Below, one piece after another: positions 62,140 through 64,000 of a stretch of 64,000 nt of DNA. Both the position numbers and the translations under genes were made by a program. This DNA is from Candidatus Parcubacteria bacterium (GTDB lineage: Bacteria > Patescibacteriota > Patescibacteriia > Patescibacteriales > UBA12075), in the NCBI GenBank assembly GCA_963814275.1, contig CAWFCE010000002.1:426537-490536 (forward strand), written 5' to 3'. The notes beneath the pieces were generated by a model that had not been told where the DNA came from, did not search any database, and saw only the letters and a program-made list of their open reading frames with translations. Every line of letters starts with the position of its first letter. Within the stretch, counting starts at the first letter, position 1.

Positions 62140-63465
62140 GTGCCCCAACCGATCATAAAACTTAAAGACCTGGAAATAACCTATAATCTGGGTAAGGTAA
62201 ACGAGTACAAAGCGACCCGGGGAGTGAGCATGGAAATCTATCCGGGGGAATTCGTGGCGTTTTTCGGCCCGTCCGGCTGCGGCAAATCGACGATATTTTA
62301 CAGTATTCTCGGTATCCTTGAACCTTCCGCCGGGCAATTGTTCGTAAAGGGCGAGAATCCGTATTCTTTTTCGCCGGAGGAGATGGTGAGGTTCCAGACC
62401 CAGATAATAGGCATTATCTATCAGGCATTCTTTTTGATAAATTCAATTGATGTGATCGATAATGTCGCTTTGCCGCAGATTTTCCATGGCATCAATCCGG
62501 CCAAGCGGCGGCGTTGGGCCAAACAGCTTTTGAAGCGTTTCGGCATGGGCGAGCAAGGCGATAAATACCCCGATAATCTGTCGGGGGGACAGTCGCAACG
62601 TGTTTCGGTTGCCCGCTCGATGGTCAATAATCCCGATATTCTTCTGGCTGACGAACCGACCGGTAATCTGGACAGTGTTTCCACGAAGCAAGTCATGAGT
62701 TCGCTTGAGGAGATCAATATGGTCGATAAGAAAACGGTAGTAATGATCACTCATAACGCCGCCCAGCTGTCCTATTGCCACAGGGTATTCTATATGAAGG
62801 ACGGCCTGCTTGACCGCGTGGTGCCGAACCCGGAAAAAAAACAGATCGCCAAAGTCGATAAACAGAAGATCCTGGTAACGGAATTCGACCAGCTGCAAAA
62901 ACTGTATCCCTACTCTTCGCCGATCGAGCTCAAGGTGAAGAGCCTGGTGAATTACCTGACCCAGGACCTGAATTTGTACCAATTGCAGCGCATGGAAGAG
63001 ATCCTTCAGTTGGTGGTGGAAAGAAAAATGAGTCAGCAGGAATTTTGCCTGACTTTGGGCAAAAAATATAATGACGGAGGTATCGACCTGGACCTACCGC
63101 TCGCCAAACATATGTCGGCCAGAGTCCAGCAGATATTGGAACAGGCGGAAGATGTCGGGCGTTATCGCCGGCGGTTTATGAGTAATAACTTTTTTGACCG
63201 CGAAAACAGCGTGATCAAGAGCCTGACCAAATACTTGATCGGCGAATACGGCCAATCGATGTCGCTGGTACAGCGGCGCCGTTTGCGCGACCTGATTTAT
63301 AAGCGCATTGCCGGGCTTATCTCGCGCCGTGAATTCAAGGATGGTTTGCGCCTTCCGTTAGCCGGCGGCGGGATCGGTCTGGACATTATCCCCTCGCGCA
63401 AACTGACCCGGTATTTCGAGAAAGTGCTGATCCAGGGCATCGAGACCAAGGGGCACGGACATTAG
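62140..63465 (+). CDS. ABC transporter ATP-binding protein (MacB/LolD-type) with ~210-aa C-terminal extension
   Basis: GTG start. Walker A is GPSGCGKST, the signature is LSGGQSQRVSVARS, Walker B is ILLADEPTGNLD and the H-loop is ITHN. The C-terminal extension contains an internal duplication. Confidence 0.9.
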   Translation: MPQPIIKLKDLEITYNLGKVNEYKATRGVSMEIYPGEFVAFFGPSGCGKSTIFYSILGILEPSAGQLFVKGENPYSFSPEEMVRFQTQIIGIIYQAFFLINSIDVIDNVALPQIFHGINPAKRRRWAKQLLKRFGMGEQGDKYPDNLSGGQSQRVSVARSMVNNPDILLADEPTGNLDSVSTKQVMSSLEEINMVDKKTVVMITHNAAQLSYCHRVFYMKDGLLDRVVPNPEKKQIAKVDKQKILVTEFDQLQKLYPYSSPIELKVKSLVNYLTQDLNLYQLQRMEEILQLVVERKMSQQEFCLTLGKKYNDGGIDLDLPLAKHMSARVQQILEQAEDVGRYRRRFMSNNFFDRENSVIKSLTKYLIGEYGQSMSLVQRRRLRDLIYKRIAGLISRREFKDGLRLPLAGGGIGLDIIPSRKLTRYFEKVLIQGIETKGHGH

Positions 63466-63472
63466 CAAATTT

Positions 63473-63500
63473 CGAATGACGAATTACGAATGTCGAATAA
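63473..63500. repeat. 7-nt-phased repeat (CGAATNN)x4
   Basis: CGAAT occurs at 63473, 63480, 63487 and 63494, starting 8 nt after the ABC ATPase stop. TTGATTCCA follows at 63501 and 63545. Confidence 0.85.
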
Positions 63501-63647
63501 TTGATTCCAGTCTGACAAAACAGTTCACAAAAATAACATATATATTGATTCCATTGATTAGTATGAATTGATTTTTGGATTTATGGTAAATGTTGCGACC
63601 TCATGGATATGTAATCAATTATAAAAAAATGTTTAAATCTTAAGTAT

Positions 63648-64000
63648 ATGATGAGATTGCAGGATACGCTAAAATTAGCGACTAGAATGTTCCGGACCCG
63701 GCCGGCGCGCACCTGGCTGACCATTTTTGGTATTGGCGTCGGTTTCGGCGCGGTCGTGATCCTGGTCGGCTTGGGCTACGGCTTGCAGGGAGTATTGCTT
63801 GAGAAAATCGTTTTTGGCGAAGCTTTGTTGTCCCTGAATGTCATTACCCCGCCCTCCCGGGTGGTCGTAATCGGCGACGAACAATTGCAGAAATTCAACG
63901 ATCTGCCGAATGTCGTCGATGTCGCCCCCTTGGCCAGCTTTACATCCCTTATCACTTACGGGGATTTGACCGGCAGTATTATACTGAATGGCGTCGAACC
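63648..64000 (+). CDS. ABC transporter permease, MacB/FtsX-type, 5' part (runs off the window)
   Basis: It is not in the ORF track because it is truncated. ATGATG lies at 63648. MMRLQDTLKLATRMFRTRPARTWLTIFGIGVGFGAVVILVGLGYG matches the MacB/FtsX N-terminus pattern (..lr.nklRs.LT.lGI.iGvaaVi), and an extracytoplasmic domain begins after it. Confidence 0.75.
   Translation, partial: MMRLQDTLKLATRMFRTRPARTWLTIFGIGVGFGAVVILVGLGYGLQGVLLEKIVFGEALLSLNVITPPSRVVVIGDEQLQKFNDLPNVVDVAPLASFTSLITYGDLTGSIILNGVE

Noticed and set aside
1-64000. Alternative genetic code (e.g. UGA recoding, as in some CPR lineages)
   Set aside because: All recognisable genes, including the 8,033-codon ORF, are intact and end sensibly under the standard bacterial code. 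No in-frame UGA interruptions need explaining.
1-64000. tRNA, rRNA, transposase, integrase, phage or known defence-system genes
   Set aside because: Reading the intergenic regions and all ORF translations found no cloverleaf-like tRNA sequences, no rRNA-like stretches and no nuclease, recombinase or RT signatures. The by-eye tRNA scan is not exhaustive.

Overview
This 64-kb window looks like it comes from an uncultivated bacterium. The gene architecture is reminiscent of Patescibacteria/CPR, but that lineage call is inference only. The standard genetic code fits throughout. I saw no rRNA, tRNA, CRISPR array, transposase or integrase. The window falls into four blocks. (1) 206-6499, minus strand: a glycan operon with a GH130-like enzyme, a GT4 glycosyltransferase fused to a helical toroid-like domain, a B12-binding radical SAM enzyme and a GDE_C-type hydrolase. 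(2) 6714-20336, plus strand: a dense signalling block. It starts with an OmpR-type response regulator, a GNAT-like protein and a pyruvoyl-dependent histidine-decarboxylase-family proenzyme whose 3' end overlaps a 7TM-GAF histidine kinase. Three translationally coupled sensors without any output domain follow (3xPAS; TM coiled-coil; SBP3+Cache), and two of them end in the same 29-aa tail. The block closes with a FIST protein, a PAS histidine kinase and a CheY-like regulator that abuts pilB. (3) 20345-34823: type IV pilus-like machinery. On the plus strand are PilB, PilC, four pseudopilin-like genes, a PilM-TM-SH3b fusion and the major pilin. Converging on the minus strand are a PilX-like protein, a minor pilin and a 1,415-aa protein with a prepilin N-terminus and beta-propeller repeats. 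(4) 35464-64000: one uninterrupted 24,102-nt ORF (8,033 aa) built from six reiterated modules (Cys-loop domains, DUF2341, LamG, FN3, PA14 and unassigned arrays). Tightly coupled downstream genes and a MacB-type ABC transporter follow it. The main lead is that the pilin-headed protein and the giant protein share an unassigned 'YRWRNDDG' domain, which suggests a single surface-attachment system. All domain calls are by-eye motif recognition from memory of family patterns. No searches or computations were run beyond manual counting.
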